Source: the human T2T-CHM13v2.0 reference genome, Homo sapiens. From it: a DNA stretch of 64,000 nucleotides. A program made the position numbers and the translations under genes. Shown here in pieces: positions 1-20,400 of this stretch. Position 1 is the stretch's first letter. Every line of letters begins with the position of its first letter. Under the pieces are notes generated by a model. It searched no databases and was not told where the DNA came from. It was given only the letters and a program-made list of their open reading frames with translations. The stretch lies in the NCBI RefSeq assembly GCF_009914755.1, contig NC_060931.1. One strand, given 5' to 3'.

Positions 1-449
1 ACTCATAAACATCCTTTGTAAAGTTTTTAAAATCACATATACACTTTGAGTGAATGATGCCAAACTTCAACAGTTAGCTGTTGTAATCTGGTGTAATCTT
101 AGAATTCATCTAGTGCTTAATGGTAAATTTTTTCTCATGTCTGGGACTAACTCTCCTAAGCCTTGTCAATAAATCTGAGTCACTTAACTGTAGCACTCTT
201 TATCACACTCTGAGGATCTTGTGACTGTTGTCCCCCCAAAAGTTATCTTTTAAAAAAACATATTGGTCAGTGGTCACCCAATTTTTAACTCTTGTATTTC
301 TATTTTTCACCTCTTCCTCATGCACTTCATACCTAGACACAGCCCATTGTTTTCTTTCCTTAATTCCAGGAGGCCTTTGCTTGATTCCATGCCTTTGTAT
401 GAAAATATTTTCTGTAGTACATGACAAACACATAACCATTATTTGCTCA

Positions 450-575
450 TATATGTCTCCCTTACTGCATTATGAGTCATTCAGAACAGAGACCATGTCT
501 TGTTTATCACTGTATACCAAGCATCTGCAGAGGGTAAAGAGTCGAGATACATTAATTGAGTGAGTAAATAATTTA
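450..575. mobile_element. L2 3'-end relic
   Basis: Degenerate L2 tail motif (AGAGACCATGTCTTGTTTATCACTGTATACC...ATTGAGTGAGTAAAT). Confidence 0.55.
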
Positions 576-1224
576 ATTAATCCAGTAGTGTAGAGTGCAG
601 ATTAAGTTAATGTGATCCTCCAAAGAAACAACTCTTTGGTTTTCATAGATGGGGAGTTTTGGGTGGGGAGATGCTGGGAAGGGGTGAGTCTATAGACCTG
701 GTCCAGGCTTGACCTGGAAGCAGGGCTCTGAATGTTCACAAGCAGTTCTAACTAAAGCTAGAAAGAAGAGAGCTAAACTGGGAACATGGTAGGGGCTGCA
801 TTCAAGATCAGGAATTAAATATTAAGTCAAGACTATAATTAAATATTATTAGAGGATCACAGACCCTGTTTCATATTTCCTGGAACCTCCCATAGATAGC
901 TTTTCTTGCTGCGGATAGGCCAAATTTATATGCTCTGCTAAGAACCTGAAATAGAATCTGTATTATTGATAGAAGTAGAACCCAGTATTTTGACAGGCAG
1001 CTGGGTTGAGGGCAGGGCTGGCTTTTGTTCTTAAATATTAAGAAACTTAACAAACACATACATGCACTGACAACTAGAAGTGGGCCAAATGACATTTCAG
1101 TTAGAAGAAACAGAATGTACAAAGGCTCAGAGATGTGAAACTCTGTACCATGTTTGGGGGATTTCCAATACTTTCATTTGGTGTGAAGATAGGATGTGAG
1201 GGACCAATAGAAGCGATTAGTGAC

Positions 1225-1882
1225 TTTTGGGAAAGAGTGAAAGATCCAAGGTGACCCCCATGGTCCTTGCCTCCTGGTGTTCACATGTAATTCTCTCTCT
1301 GTAAGTGTGGCCAAAAACAGTGACTGCATTCGAATGAATAGAATATGGAAGGGTGATGATATATTACTCCTATGATTATACTACATTCTACAATACTCAA
1401 TGTTGGTAGCAGACTCACTCCCTCTCTCCTCTTGCTGGTTTTGAGGAAGTAAGTTGCCATGCATTCTGTAGCCACAAGAAGCTGAATGCTGCCAACAACC
1501 ATTTACAAGCAGGCAGGCAGATTCTACCCTAACTGAGCCTCCCTTCTGTAATCACCTCCATTTGAGTGCAGGCAGAACCTCTGACTTGATTCTAAACAAT
1601 AAAATGTTACAAAGGTGATGGAATATGACTCCTATGAGTTCATTATATTATGTTAGTCTGTCTTACTAGCATACTGTCTCTCTCTCTCTCTGCCTTTTTA
1701 TTTTTAAACAAGTAAGCCTTCGTGAACCTTGTAGCTACAAGAAAGTGAAAATGAATGCTTCCAATAACAACATGAGCAGGGAAATGTATCCTTCCCTAGT
1801 TGAGCTTCCAGATGAGAACCCAGCCTGGGCTAGGGTCTTTGTGCTGTAGTAATTTGTTACTCAGCAATAGATAACTTATACA
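1225..1882 (+). mobile_element. MaLR LTR, MLT1E/F-like, with internal tandem duplication
   Basis: CTTGCCTCCTGGTGTTCAC near the 5' end; ends AATTTGTTACTCAGCAATAGATAACTTATACA, typical of the MLT1 3' terminus. Confidence 0.75.
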
Positions 1883-2949
1883 ATAGCAGGAAGCAAAAGC
1901 CCTTGATAATCTCCACTTTCATCTCCAAACAATCTATGCAAACAGTTAAAATATTGTTCAAGGGGGAGAGAATTATATTTTATCTTATCAAGCTTTGTCA
2001 AAGCCTTATCAAGGATTTTATTAATTTTCTATTACTTTGAAGAAGTAAAAAGATTCTTAAAGCCAGTTTTACAGACTAATCTTCTACTTTCTTCTTTCTT
2101 TTGCCCTTTTATATCTGCTGATCTTTATCTCCAATATAAGCTATGTCCAAAGCCAACTCTCCTTGTCTAGTTTGAGGTGAAATGTCTCTTACTACCATCA
2201 ACTGCTTTTAGATCACCCCAATAGCTCATTTTTATTTTTAAAAACCTTTTCTCACTTTATAAATATATGGTAACTTTTAAGTGAATTCCAACTATCTCTG
2301 AACATGCCACATAGGTGAATATTAATTAGAATATTATATGCATTTGTTATCTAGTTTCCCCTTGGAAATAAAATGTAAAGGAAAACTATGGAAAAATATA
2401 CTTACTCTAGACATTCTCTGCATTGATTTATGACAGATGAAAGAAGCAGTAAAGGATGCTAACAAAGCTATTTCTTTGGACAATCTGAACCTGGTAGGTT
2501 TGATACATTTTAATTGCAAAATAAATGACAATTAATGGTGCACTACTGTGATTTTTTTCCTTTATCATTATGCTTGCTGTTTTTTACATGTTGTGATTAC
2601 TTATCCCTATTTTTATGTATGTCTGTGCCATGGTATATCTCTCTGACTAGTTTTTAAGTCAGGAGGAATTGTGTATCATGGGATACAAAATGAAATTTAG
2701 AATGACTTAAACAAGTTAAAGAATGTTTGTAACCAATAACCTTATTCTATGGCTGACTCACTTCTGCACATCATCTCCATAAAATTTGCCTTATGGAAAA
2801 GAACTTCATTTTCAGAGAAATAGGCTGATAAAATGTGGCATTAATATTATTAACAACTTTCCATCAAATGATATACGCAGTTTACTGAAAAGAAAAGCAG
2901 AGCTAATGGTAATAGTTGTAAATGTGCGTAGAAGATAATTGTAGTTCTA

Positions 2950-3085
2950 TAGCTGGAGAAGCCTGGAAGATACTATTCCAACTTTCTCATTTTGCAGATG
3001 AGGACACTAAAATCCAGAGAACTGATTGGTTAAAGTTATGTCTAAGTTTAAATCATGTAAATGGCTCCTCTGGGTTTCCAGTGCA
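2950..3085 (-). mobile_element. MIR
   Basis: Core motif CATTTTGCAGATGAGGACACTAA. Confidence 0.65.
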
Positions 3086-3392
3086 CAACCTGCATGGCTG
3101 TACAATTAGTACAACCCTGTTTGATTTCATTCCATTTCTTTGAAGCTTAAAGATTAACTACGTTTTTTTGGATGACCTTTGTGTTTTACAAGGTGTGCAC
3201 TGTGTTAGAGCTCTTGTGTGGAATTCATGCAAAGAAACCAAAAGAGCCATTTATGATTTGAACTATGGTCTCAGACTAAATCCTTCTCACATATGTACTT
3301 TAATATTAAGAGGGGCCATCATCAAGTCTATTACAGATGTAAATGAGCAGTTTAATGCAAATAAAGATCATGAAAACGTAAATGCAATATTT

Positions 3393-10079
<6,687 letters not shown>

Positions 10080-12310
10080 TAAATGCAATTTTCAATTTTC
10101 TTCTGCTGGCAGAAATATATAAAGAGCATGATCTCTATGATTTTTTCAGCTCAGGCTGATCTTTGTCCACTTATCGTAGGGAAGATGGGCTCCTCTTAGG
10201 TGTTGTTTTTCTCACAGATTGCCACACACCCCAGATTGTTCTTACCAAGATGAGGGTGATCGTTTTTTCAGAATTTTGTCTGTGTTAACAAGATGGCAAA
10301 ATAGAAGGTCACTGACTTTAGTTTCTTTCACAGAAATACTGATTGGCAACTATCCACAGACAAGAATGCCTTTGTGAAAAATCCCAGAACCCAAGACGTA
10401 GTGGGGAGAAGAGACAGGGGAGGTGAGGCTGAAGCAGTGCCTTGGAGTACAAAAACTGAGAAAAGTCACCTTACAAGTCACATTTTGACGATGTTGCCCC
10501 TCTCACAGCCTGGCACAGTGCCACTCCAAGAGGGACCCTTCGGGCTTACGGTTTCTCCAGTGAGAAAAAGGGAGCTTGAGGTAGTCAGCTTCCCTAGCAT
10601 TTCAGAGTGCTCCCCAGGAGGCCCACTTGTATCTGACTTCATGAGGAACACTGAGGGAATTGGCACGGCTAGAGCACAAGGGGTGGGCTAGGTACAAAAG
10701 AAGGGAGGCAGAGCTTATAGCTACCAGCAGACAAATCTTAGTGCTGGCACTAGATCCCTGCCAGCAGCCTTGACTAACCAGAGAGACCAGCCACTGGCTC
10801 TGCCCACCCACAGAACTAAGTCAGCTGCCCCAACTGGCCAACAAGGATGGTCAGAGTTCTGCCCAGCTGAGATTGCTGGTTAGTAGTCTGGCCTAGCCAC
10901 AGAGCCCAGACTATAACCACACCAACTAGCAGAGCACAGCCTATAGCCCTGCCTGACAAAGAAGCCTGGCCAGTGACCCTTCCCATCCAAGGAACACAGT
11001 TAGCAGCCCTACCTAGGCAAGGGACCCAACCAGTTATGTTGCTCAACTTTGAGGCACAGACTATGGCCATGCCCAATTGCAGTGTCCAGCCAGTGGCTCT
11101 GCTTGACCACAGAGCATAGCTAATAGACTCACCTGACCAAGGACCCCAGCCAATAACCCCCACTTGACCTCATAACACAGGCACTGGCCCTGCCCAATCA
11201 GAGACTCTGGCAGCAAGCCTCATCTATCCATGGTTACTACCAGATGGCCTATCCCACTCCAGGCTGGGATGACTCATGAAGGTCTTTTCTGAATGAAGTA
11301 AACTTATAAAGTCTGGAAGAGGGAACAGCTTAGTCAAATGCATAGACACCAATGCAAGGATGCAAGCATCACGAAGAATCAGAGGAACATGACATTACCA
11401 AAGAAAACAAATAAAGCTTCAATAACTGACTCTAAAGAAATAAGTATCTATAAACTGACTGGCAAAGAATTCAGAATAACCCTATTAAAGAAGTTTGTAA
11501 CTACAAGAAGACACAGATAGGCAACTAAACAAAATTAGGAAAACAATACATGAACAAATGAAATGTTCAACAAAGAAAGCTGAAGAACGGAATTCTTCAA
11601 CTAAAAAGTTCAATAAAGAGCTGATAGACTCAGGCAAGCAGAAGAAAGAATCAGTGAACTTGAAGACATCCTTTGAAATTATCCAGAGGAGTAAAAAATC
11701 AAAAAAATGAAAAACAGTGAAGAAACCCTATAGGGTTTATAGGACAGTATAAGCAAAACATATACATATAATGGGAGTCCTAGAATGGGAGAGAGAATGG
11801 GAAGAAAGTCTATTTTAAAGAATAATGACTGTAAACTTCCCAAATTTGGGGAGAGAAATGGACATTGAGATTCATTAGACCCAAAGGTTCTCAAATAGTT
11901 TGATCTCAAAGAGGTATACAGCAAGTAAATTAGCAGAATTCAAAGGCAAAGAGAGAATTTTGAAAGTACCAAGAGAAAAGTGACTCATCACATATGAGGG
12001 AGTCTCCATCAGATTGTCACTGGATTACTCATCAGAAACCTTGCAGGCCAGGAGAGAGTAGGGTCATATATTAAAAATATTGAAAGCAGTAAAACTGCCA
12101 AGAATACTATACCCAGGAAAGTTGTCCTTGAGAAATGAAGGAAAGATAAAGACTTTCCCAAACAAAAGCTGTGGGAGTTTATTACTACTAGACCTGCCTT
12201 ACAAGAAATGCTAAAGGGAGTTAAGGGAGTTTTTCAATCTGAAATGAAATGATTATAATTAACAATGTAAAAATATATGAATGTATAAAACTCACTGGGA
12301 AAGGTAAATA

Positions 12311-12640
12311 CAGTCAGCCCTCTATATCTTTGGGTTTCACATCTGTCAAGTCAACCAACCACAGATTTAAAATATTAGAAAAAAATCACATCAGTATTGA
12401 AGATGTGCAGACATTTTTCTTGTCATTCTTCCCTAGACAATACAGTGTAACAACTATTTATATAGTATTTACACTTTATTAGGTATTATAGGTAAATTAG
12501 AGATGATTTAACGTTGGAAAATGTGCATAGGTCATATGCAAATATTATGCCACTTTTTATCAGGGATTTGAGCATCTGAAAATTTTGGTATCCACAGAAA
12601 GTTCTGGAATCAATCCACCACAAACAGTGAGGGGCAAGTG
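12311..12640. mobile_element. MER2 (Tigger-derived DNA transposon) nested in L1MA
   Basis: Termini CAGTCAGCCCTC...GAGGGGCAAGTG, TA on both sides, MER2-like internal sequence. Confidence 0.85.
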
Positions 12641-15600
12641 TATATAGTTAAATTCTGAATTTTCTAATATTGAAATAGTGTTATGTAAATCACTTTCAAC
12701 TCTAGTGTAAAAGTTTAAAGACAAATATTAAAAGTAACTTTAACTGCAATAATTTGTTAATGAATACACAATATTAAACAGATGTAAATTGTAACATTAA
12801 TAACCTTAAATGTGACTTGGTGAGGAGAATTAAAAGTATAGAGTTTTTTTGATGTGATTCAACCTATTATGAGCTTAAAATAAAATGTTATAACTGTAAA
12901 CTATTTTTAAATAAGCCTCATGATAGCCACAAAGGAAATATGTGTAGTTGATACAGAAAAAATTAAGATAAAGGAATCCAAGCATACCACCATAAAAAGT
13001 CATAAAATCACAAAGGAAAACAGCAAAAGAAGAAGGGAAGAGAGGAACTCCAAAGCAGAAAACAACAAAATGGCAGTAGTAAGTCCTTGCCTATTGATAA
13101 TTAAATATAAGTGGATTAAGTTATCTAATCAAGAAACATAGAGTGGCCAAATGGATTTTAAAAACCAAGATCCAACTATGCTGCATATAGGAGACTCACT
13201 TTCAGTTTAAAGACATGCATAGGTCTCAAGTGAGAAATAATTTGGCAAATAAAAATTAAAAAATAAAAAAAAAGACACACATAAGCTGGAAGTGAAGGAA
13301 TGGAAAATAATATCCCATGCATATGGTAATCTAAAGAAAGTTGGGGTGGCTACTTAGACAAAATAGACTTTAAGTCAAGAACTGTGACAAGAGACAAAGA
13401 GGGCCATTATACAATGACAAGGGGGTCATGTCGTCAAGAGGATATAACAATTGTAAATATATATGTACCCAAAACTGGAGTACCTAAATATATAAAGGAA
13501 ATATTAACAGAACTGGAGGGAGGAGAAATAGATAGTAATACAATAGTGGTAGGGGACTTCAATACCCACCTTCCACAATGACAGAAAATCAGTAAGGGAA
13601 CAGAAGAGTTAAACAATGTTGTAGACCAAGTGGCTCTAACAGACAAATACAGAACATTCTATCCAAAAGCAGCAGATTACATATTATCCAAGTAAAGATC
13701 AAATGTTAGGACTTAAAACAAGTCTTAAAATTTTTTAAGAAGATTGCAATCATATCAAGTATCTTTTCTGACCACAATGGTATAAAACTGGAAATCAATG
13801 ACAGGAGAAAAATGGAAAACCACAAATATGTGGAAATTATGCAACACATTTCTGAACAACCAATGGGAAAAAGAAGAAACCAAAAAGGAAATTTAAAAAA
13901 TATCTTGAGACAAATAAAATGGAAACACAACATACTAAAACTTATGGGATGCAGCAAAACCAGTTCTTAATATAGCAATAAATGCCTATGTCAAGAAAAA
14001 TGAAAGATCTCAAATAACCTAACTTTAAACATCAAGGAAGAAGAAGAAATCTCAAACTTAGCCGAATAAACAAAGTAATAAAGATAAGAACAAAACACAT
14101 GAAATACAGATTAGAAAGACAATATAAAAGATTAACAAAATGAAGACTTTGATTTTTGAAAAGACAAACAAAATTGGCAAATTTAGCTAGATAACCAAGA
14201 AATAAAGAGAGGATTGAAATCAAATTATGAATGAAAGAGAAGGCATTACAACTGATACCATCCAACCACAAAGGGTCATAAGAGATTACTATGAACAATT
14301 ATATACCAACAAATTGGGTAACCTTTTCTAGAAATATACGACCTACCAAGACTGACTCATAAAGAAATAGAAAATCTAAACACACCAGTAAAGAGTAAGG
14401 AGATTGAATTGTTAATTAAAAACTACCCAACAAAGAAGAGAACAGGACCGATGGTATCACTGATGGATTCCACCAAATATTTAATGAGCAGTTAATGCCA
14501 ATTCTTTTCAAACTTCCAAAAAATTAAAGAGGAGGAAACACTTCCAAACCTGTTCAATGAGGCCGGCATTACCCCAACACCAAAGCCAGATATGGATACT
14601 ACAAGGAAAGGAAATTACAGGCCAATATCCCTGATGAAAATAGATATAAAAATTCTCAACCAAATACTAGCAAACAAAATACTAGCAAAATTCAACAATA
14701 CATTAAAAGGAGCATACACCATGATCAAGTGGAATTTATTCCAGGCATGTAAGGGTGGCATGATATACCAAATCAATAAGTATGATACACCACTTTAACA
14801 AAATGGAGGATAAAAATCATGTGATCATTTCAGTAGGTGCAAAAAAAGCATTTGACAAAATTCAACGTTCTTTCATTGTAAAAATTTTAAAAATTGGGTA
14901 TAGAAGCAATATACCTAAACATGATAAAGACCATATATAACAGGCACACAGCTAACATCATACTCAATGTTGAAAAGCTGAAAATTTTTCTCTAAGACTA
15001 GGGGCAAGTCAGGATGCCCACTCTTGCTCCTTCTATTCAACATAGTACTGAAAGTCCTAGCCATTGCAAGAGGCAAGAAAAAGAAATAAAAGGCAATCAC
15101 ATCAAATAGGGAAAAGTTAAATTGCCTCTGATTGCAGATGACATGATCTTATCTATATAAAACCCTAATGGCTCCACCAAAGAAAACTATAGAAATAAGA
15201 AATTTAGTAAAGCTACAGGGTACAAAATCAATAAAAATCAGTTGCATGTCTACACACTATCTGAAAAAGAAAAACTATATCATTTACAATAACATCAAAA
15301 TCAAAAACAACAAAATCCTTATGAATAAATTTAACCAAGGGGTGAAAGATCTGTATATTGAAAACTATGTGATGTTGATGATAGAAATTGAAGAAGACAC
15401 CAATAAATGGAAAAACATCCAATGTTTTGGAAGAACCCCTATCAAAATTCCAATGCCACTTTTCACAGAAATAGAAAAAACAATCCTAAAACTCATATGG
15501 AACTACAAAAGACCCCAAATAGCCAAAGCAATCTTGAGAGAGAAGAGCAAAGTTGGAGGCATCAGACATTCTGATTTTAAGTTATTTTACAAAGCTATAG

Positions 15601-16619
15601 TAATAAAAATGGTATGGTACTGGCATAAAATCAGAAATGCTGACCAATGCAACAGAATAGAGAGACCAGAAATGAACCCATGCCTATGCAGTCAACTAAT
15701 ATTTTACAAGGGTATCAAGAACATACATTGCAGAAAGAATAATCTCTTCAATAAATGATGTTGGGAAAACTGGATATCTATATGCAAAAAGAAATGAACT
15801 TGACCTCTATCTTATATCACACAAAAAAATTAACTTGAAATGAATTAAAGACTTAAATATCAAACCCAAACCAAAAACTTCTAGAAGAAAACATAGGGAA
15901 AATATTCTCTGTCCTTGGTCTTAGCAATGATTTGTTTGGATATGACACCAAAAGCACAGACCACAAGAGAAAAAATAAACAAGTTGATCTACATCAAACC
16001 AAACAGCTTCTGTTTGATAAAGGAAACAACTAAATGAAAAGGTACCCTAGGGAATGGGAGAAAATATTTGCAAACCATATATCTGATAAGAGGCTAATAT
16101 CCAAAATACAAAAGGAACTCATACAATATAATAGCAAACACAAACAATCTGATTTTAAAATGGGAAAAAGACCTGAAGATATACAAATGGCCAATAGGTA
16201 TATGAAAAGATGCTCAGTATTACTAATTATCAGGGAAATGCAAATCAAACCACAATGAGATATTGCCTCAGACCTGTTAGAGTGGCCGTTATAAAGAATA
16301 CAAGGGATACAAAGGATAACAGATGTTTATGAAGATGTGGTGAAATGGGAACCCTTGTACACTGTTGGTGGGAATGTAAATTAGTGCAGCCATTATAAAA
16401 AACAGTATGAAGTTTCCTCAAAAAATTAAAAATAAACCTATCATTCATTTGATCCAGCAATCTCATCTCTGGATATATATCTGAAGGAAATATAAGTAGT
16501 ATTTGGAAGAGATATCTGCATCCCTATGTTCATTGTAGCATTAACCACAATAGCCAAGACATGGAATCAATCTAAGTATCCACTGATGAATGAATAGACA
16601 AATAAAATTTGTATATATG

Positions 16620-16621
<2 letters not shown>

Positions 16622-16660
<39 letters not shown>
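16622..16660. repeat. (CA)n microsatellite
   Basis: About 19 AC units. Confidence 0.95.
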
Positions 16661-16662
<2 letters not shown>

Positions 16663-16984
16663 ACAAAGGAAAACTCTTCAACCTTGGTTCCCCCCAAAAA
16701 AGGGACATTCTGTCATTTACAGCAAAGTGGATGGACCTGGAAGATATGCTAAGTGAAATAAGCCAGACATATTAGAGGCTTTTGGCCCATTGTCACTTTG
16801 CATTTGCCTAGTGTATAACTGAGGACAGGCAGAACATATATCCTACTAATTTGCTTATAGCATATTTGATAGAGTTAATTTCAGCACACAGAACAATCTT
16901 TTTGTAGAAAGTGGATTCTCAGGGTGTTGTCAAGTCACCATAGTTTTCCCAGAGACCTCATCTCCATTAAAAAGAAAAAATAAT

Positions 16985-17118
16985 AGGCATGGTAGCACAT
17001 GCCTGTAGTCCTAGCTACTCAGAAGGCTGAGATGGGAGGATAATTTCAGCCCAAGAGTTCAAGGTTGCAGTGAGCTGTGATTACACCACTGCACTCCAAC
17101 CTGGGCCACAGAGAAGAA
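16985..17118 (+). mobile_element. Alu right monomer (FRAM/AluJ fragment)
   Basis: GCCTGTAGTCCTAGCTACTC...CCACTGCACTCCAACCTGGG. Confidence 0.8.
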
Positions 17119-17480
17119 AAGAGGTTACTTGGCTGAAGGTTCTGAAGGCTGTACAAGAAGCATGGTGCCAGCATCTGTTTCTGGTGAGGGCTTCAGGCTG
17201 CTTCCACTCATGACAGAAGGGACAGAGGAGCCAGCATGTTTGGAGATCACATGACAAGAGGAAGCAAGAGGCGTGGGGAGGTGCCAGGTTCTTTTTAACA
17301 ACCATCTCTTGCGGGAACTAATAGAATGAAAACTCACTCCTTATGACGAGGAAGGCAGTGAGTCATTCATGAGGGATTCGCCCCCAGTGACCCAAACACC
17401 TTCCAAAAGGGATTCACTTCCAACAGTAGGGAACAAATTTCAACATAAGGTTTGTGAGACAAACATGAAAACTATAGCCA
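17119..17480 (-). mobile_element. MaLR LTR, MSTB-like, partial
   Basis: GGCTGTACAAGAAGCATGGTGCCAGCATCTG...AAACTATAGC. Confidence 0.8.
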
Positions 17481-20400
17481 ATATATTCTGCAGAATTTGG
17501 TGATTATTGATAATGGAGGTGGAAGTTCAGTGAACTCTTTACATTTATTCCCCTACAGATTGGAGGAACAGATTGCTGATTGTTTTTTAAAAGCAAAATA
17601 TTTTTGAAATTTTGCCTGAAATGCAAATGAAAGTTTTGCATGAAATTGTTGGGCTTCAGAGAGAAAAAAAAACATAAATATTTGGCAACCTAAGTGTCTA
17701 ATTTTGTGTGGTTAGAAATCTTTTAATGCCTCCTTAGTATGCACTTCAAATGAAAGATTCTCACCAACTATTCTAATGCAATACTCTCATTGAATTTAAC
17801 AGCTGTCTTTTCTGCTTTTTAGCTACTAATTTATTTTCCCCTTGCTCTTTAAAAATGAATGTTTATGTACAAATTACTATGTATATATGCTAAGATGTAG
17901 GCATAAATGGTATAGTCTAGAGTTGTTAAAATGTGTTTTACCTAAATAGTTGTTCCAAGGAAGAAGTTAACTATAATATTTATTAAACCAGAAATTTGCT
18001 GTGCTTACTTTAGCTAATATCTTTTCAAGATTGTATTCCTAATGTCAAGAGTTTTGCAATAGAAAATTAAAATTCTGCATTGTTATTTTTAAAACAAGCA
18101 TTTTTCCATTCCACTTCCATTATATTCCCTTTTCCATTCAAATAGGCTGCTAATTCCACTACTGTGAAGAGTGCTTCATTGAACGTATGCATCCATGTGT
18201 CTTTATGACAGAATGGTTTATATTCCTTTGGATATATACCTAGTAATGGGATTGCTGGGTTGAATGGTAATTCCGCTTTTAGGTCTTTGAGGAATCACCA
18301 CAATGTCTTCCACAATGGTTGAACTAATTTACACTCCCACCAACAGTGTGTAAGCATTCCCTTTTGTCCACAACCTCGCCAGCATCTGTTATCTTTTGAC
18401 TTTTTAATAGTAGCCATTCTCACTGGTCTAAGATGGTAATTCATTGTGGTTTTAGTCTGCATTTCTGTAATGCTTAGTGATGCTGAGATTTTTTTCTTTT
18501 TTTTTTTTTTATTATACTTTAAGTTCTGGGGTACAGGTTCAGAACATGCAGGTTTGTTACATAAGCATACACATGCCATGGGGGTTTGCTGCACCCATCA
18601 ACCCATCATCTACATTAGGTATTTCTCCTAATGCTATCCCTCCATTAGCCTCCCATCCCCTGACAGGCCCTGGTGTGTGATGTTCCCCCTCCCTGTGTCC
18701 ATGTGTTCTCATTGTTCAACTCCTACTTATGGGTGAGAACATGTGGTGTCTGGTTTTCTGTTCTTGTGGCAGTTTGCTGAGAATGATGTTTTCCAGCTTC
18801 ATCCATGTCCCTGCAAAGGACATGAACTCATCCTTTTTTATGGCTGCATAGTATTACATGGTGTATATGTGCCAAATATTCTTTATCCAATTTCCATATT
18901 TCTATCATTCATGGGCATTTGGGTTGGTTCCAAGTCTTTGCTATTGTGAACAGTGCCACAATAAACATACGTGTGCATGTGTCTTTATAGAATGACTTAT
19001 AATCCTTTGGGTATATACTCAGTAATGGGATTGCCGGGTCAAATGGTATTTCTGGTTCTAGATCCTTGAGGAATTGCCACACTGTCTTCCACAATGGTTG
19101 AACTAATTTACTCTCCCACCAGCAGTGTAAAAGCGTTCCTATTTCTCCACATCCTCTCCAGCATCTGTTGTTTCTTGACTTTTTAATGATCACCATTCTA
19201 ACTGGTGTGAGATGGTATCTCATTGTGGTTTTGATTTGCATTTCTCTAATGACCAGTGAAAAATGAGCTTTTTTTCATATGTTTGTTGGCTGCATAAATG
19301 TCTTCTTTTGAGAGACAACAAACATAAATGTGTTTGTTGGCTGCATAAATGTTCATATCCTTTGCCCACTTTTTGATGGGGTTGTTTTTTTCTTGTAAAT
19401 TTATTCAAGTTTTTTGTGGATTCTGGATATTAGCCCTTTGTCACCGGATAGATTGCAAAAATTTTCTCCCATTCTATAGGTTGCCTGTTCACTCTGATGG
19501 TAGTTTCTTTTGCTGTGGAGAAGCTCTTTAGTTTAATTAGATCCCATTTGTCAATTTTGGCTTTTATTGCCATTGCTTTTGGTGTTTTAGTCAAGAAGTC
19601 TTTGGCTATGTCTATGTCCTGAATGGTATTGCCTAGGTTTTCTTCTAGTGTTTTTATGGCTTTAGGTCTTATGTTTAAGTTTTTAATTCATCTTGAGTTA
19701 ATTTTTGTATAAGGTGTAAGGAAGGGAGCCAGTTTCAGCTTTCTGCATATGGCTAGCAGTTTTCCCAACACCATTTATTAAATAGGGAATCCTTTCCCTA
19801 TTGCTTGTTTTTGTCAGATTTATCAAAGATCAGATGGTTGTCGATGTGTGGCATTATTTCTGAGGCTGCTGTTCTGGTCCATTGGTCTATATATCTGTTT
19901 TGGTACAAGTACCATGCTATTTTGGTTACTGTAGCCTTGTAGTATAGTTTGAAGTCAGGTAGTGTGATGCCTCCAGCTTTGTTCTTTTTGCTTAGGATTG
20001 TCTTGGCTATGCAAGCTCTGTTTTTGTTCTATATGAACTCTAAAGTAGTATTTTCCAATTCTGTGAAGAAAGTCAATGGTAGCTTGATGGGGATAGCATT
20101 GAATCTATAAATTAAATTGTGCAATATGGCCATTTTCACGACATTTATTCTTCCTATCCATGAACCTGGAATGTTTTTCCATTTGTTTGTGTCCTCCCTT
20201 ATTTCCTTGAACCATGGTTTGTAGTTCTCCTTGAAGAGGTCCTTCACATCCCTTGTAAGTTGTATTCCTAGGTATTTTATTCTCTTTGTAACAATTGTGA
20301 ATGGGAGTTCACTCATGATTTGGTTCTCTGTTATTGGTGTATAGGAATGCTTGTGATTTTTGCACATTGATTTTCTATCCTGAGACTTTGCTGAAGTTGC

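Larger units (their letters stand above)
10290..16770 (+). mobile_element. Near full-length old LINE-1 (L1MA-type, roughly L1MA8-10), 3'UTR truncated
   Basis: Starts AAGATGGC; ORF1 remnant from 11338; ORF2 EN remnant (EGHYTM...VVGDFNT, 13384-13581) and C-terminal remnants (15168-16258); stops abruptly at AAGTGAAATAAGCCAGAC. Confidence 0.88.

Noticed and set aside
10780-11220. CRISPR-like periodic array
   Set aside because: Eukaryotic context, degenerate contiguous units with no unique spacers, inside an L1 5'UTR
15168-15758. 196-aa ORF
   Set aside because: Frameshifted, internally deleted L1 ORF2 remnant
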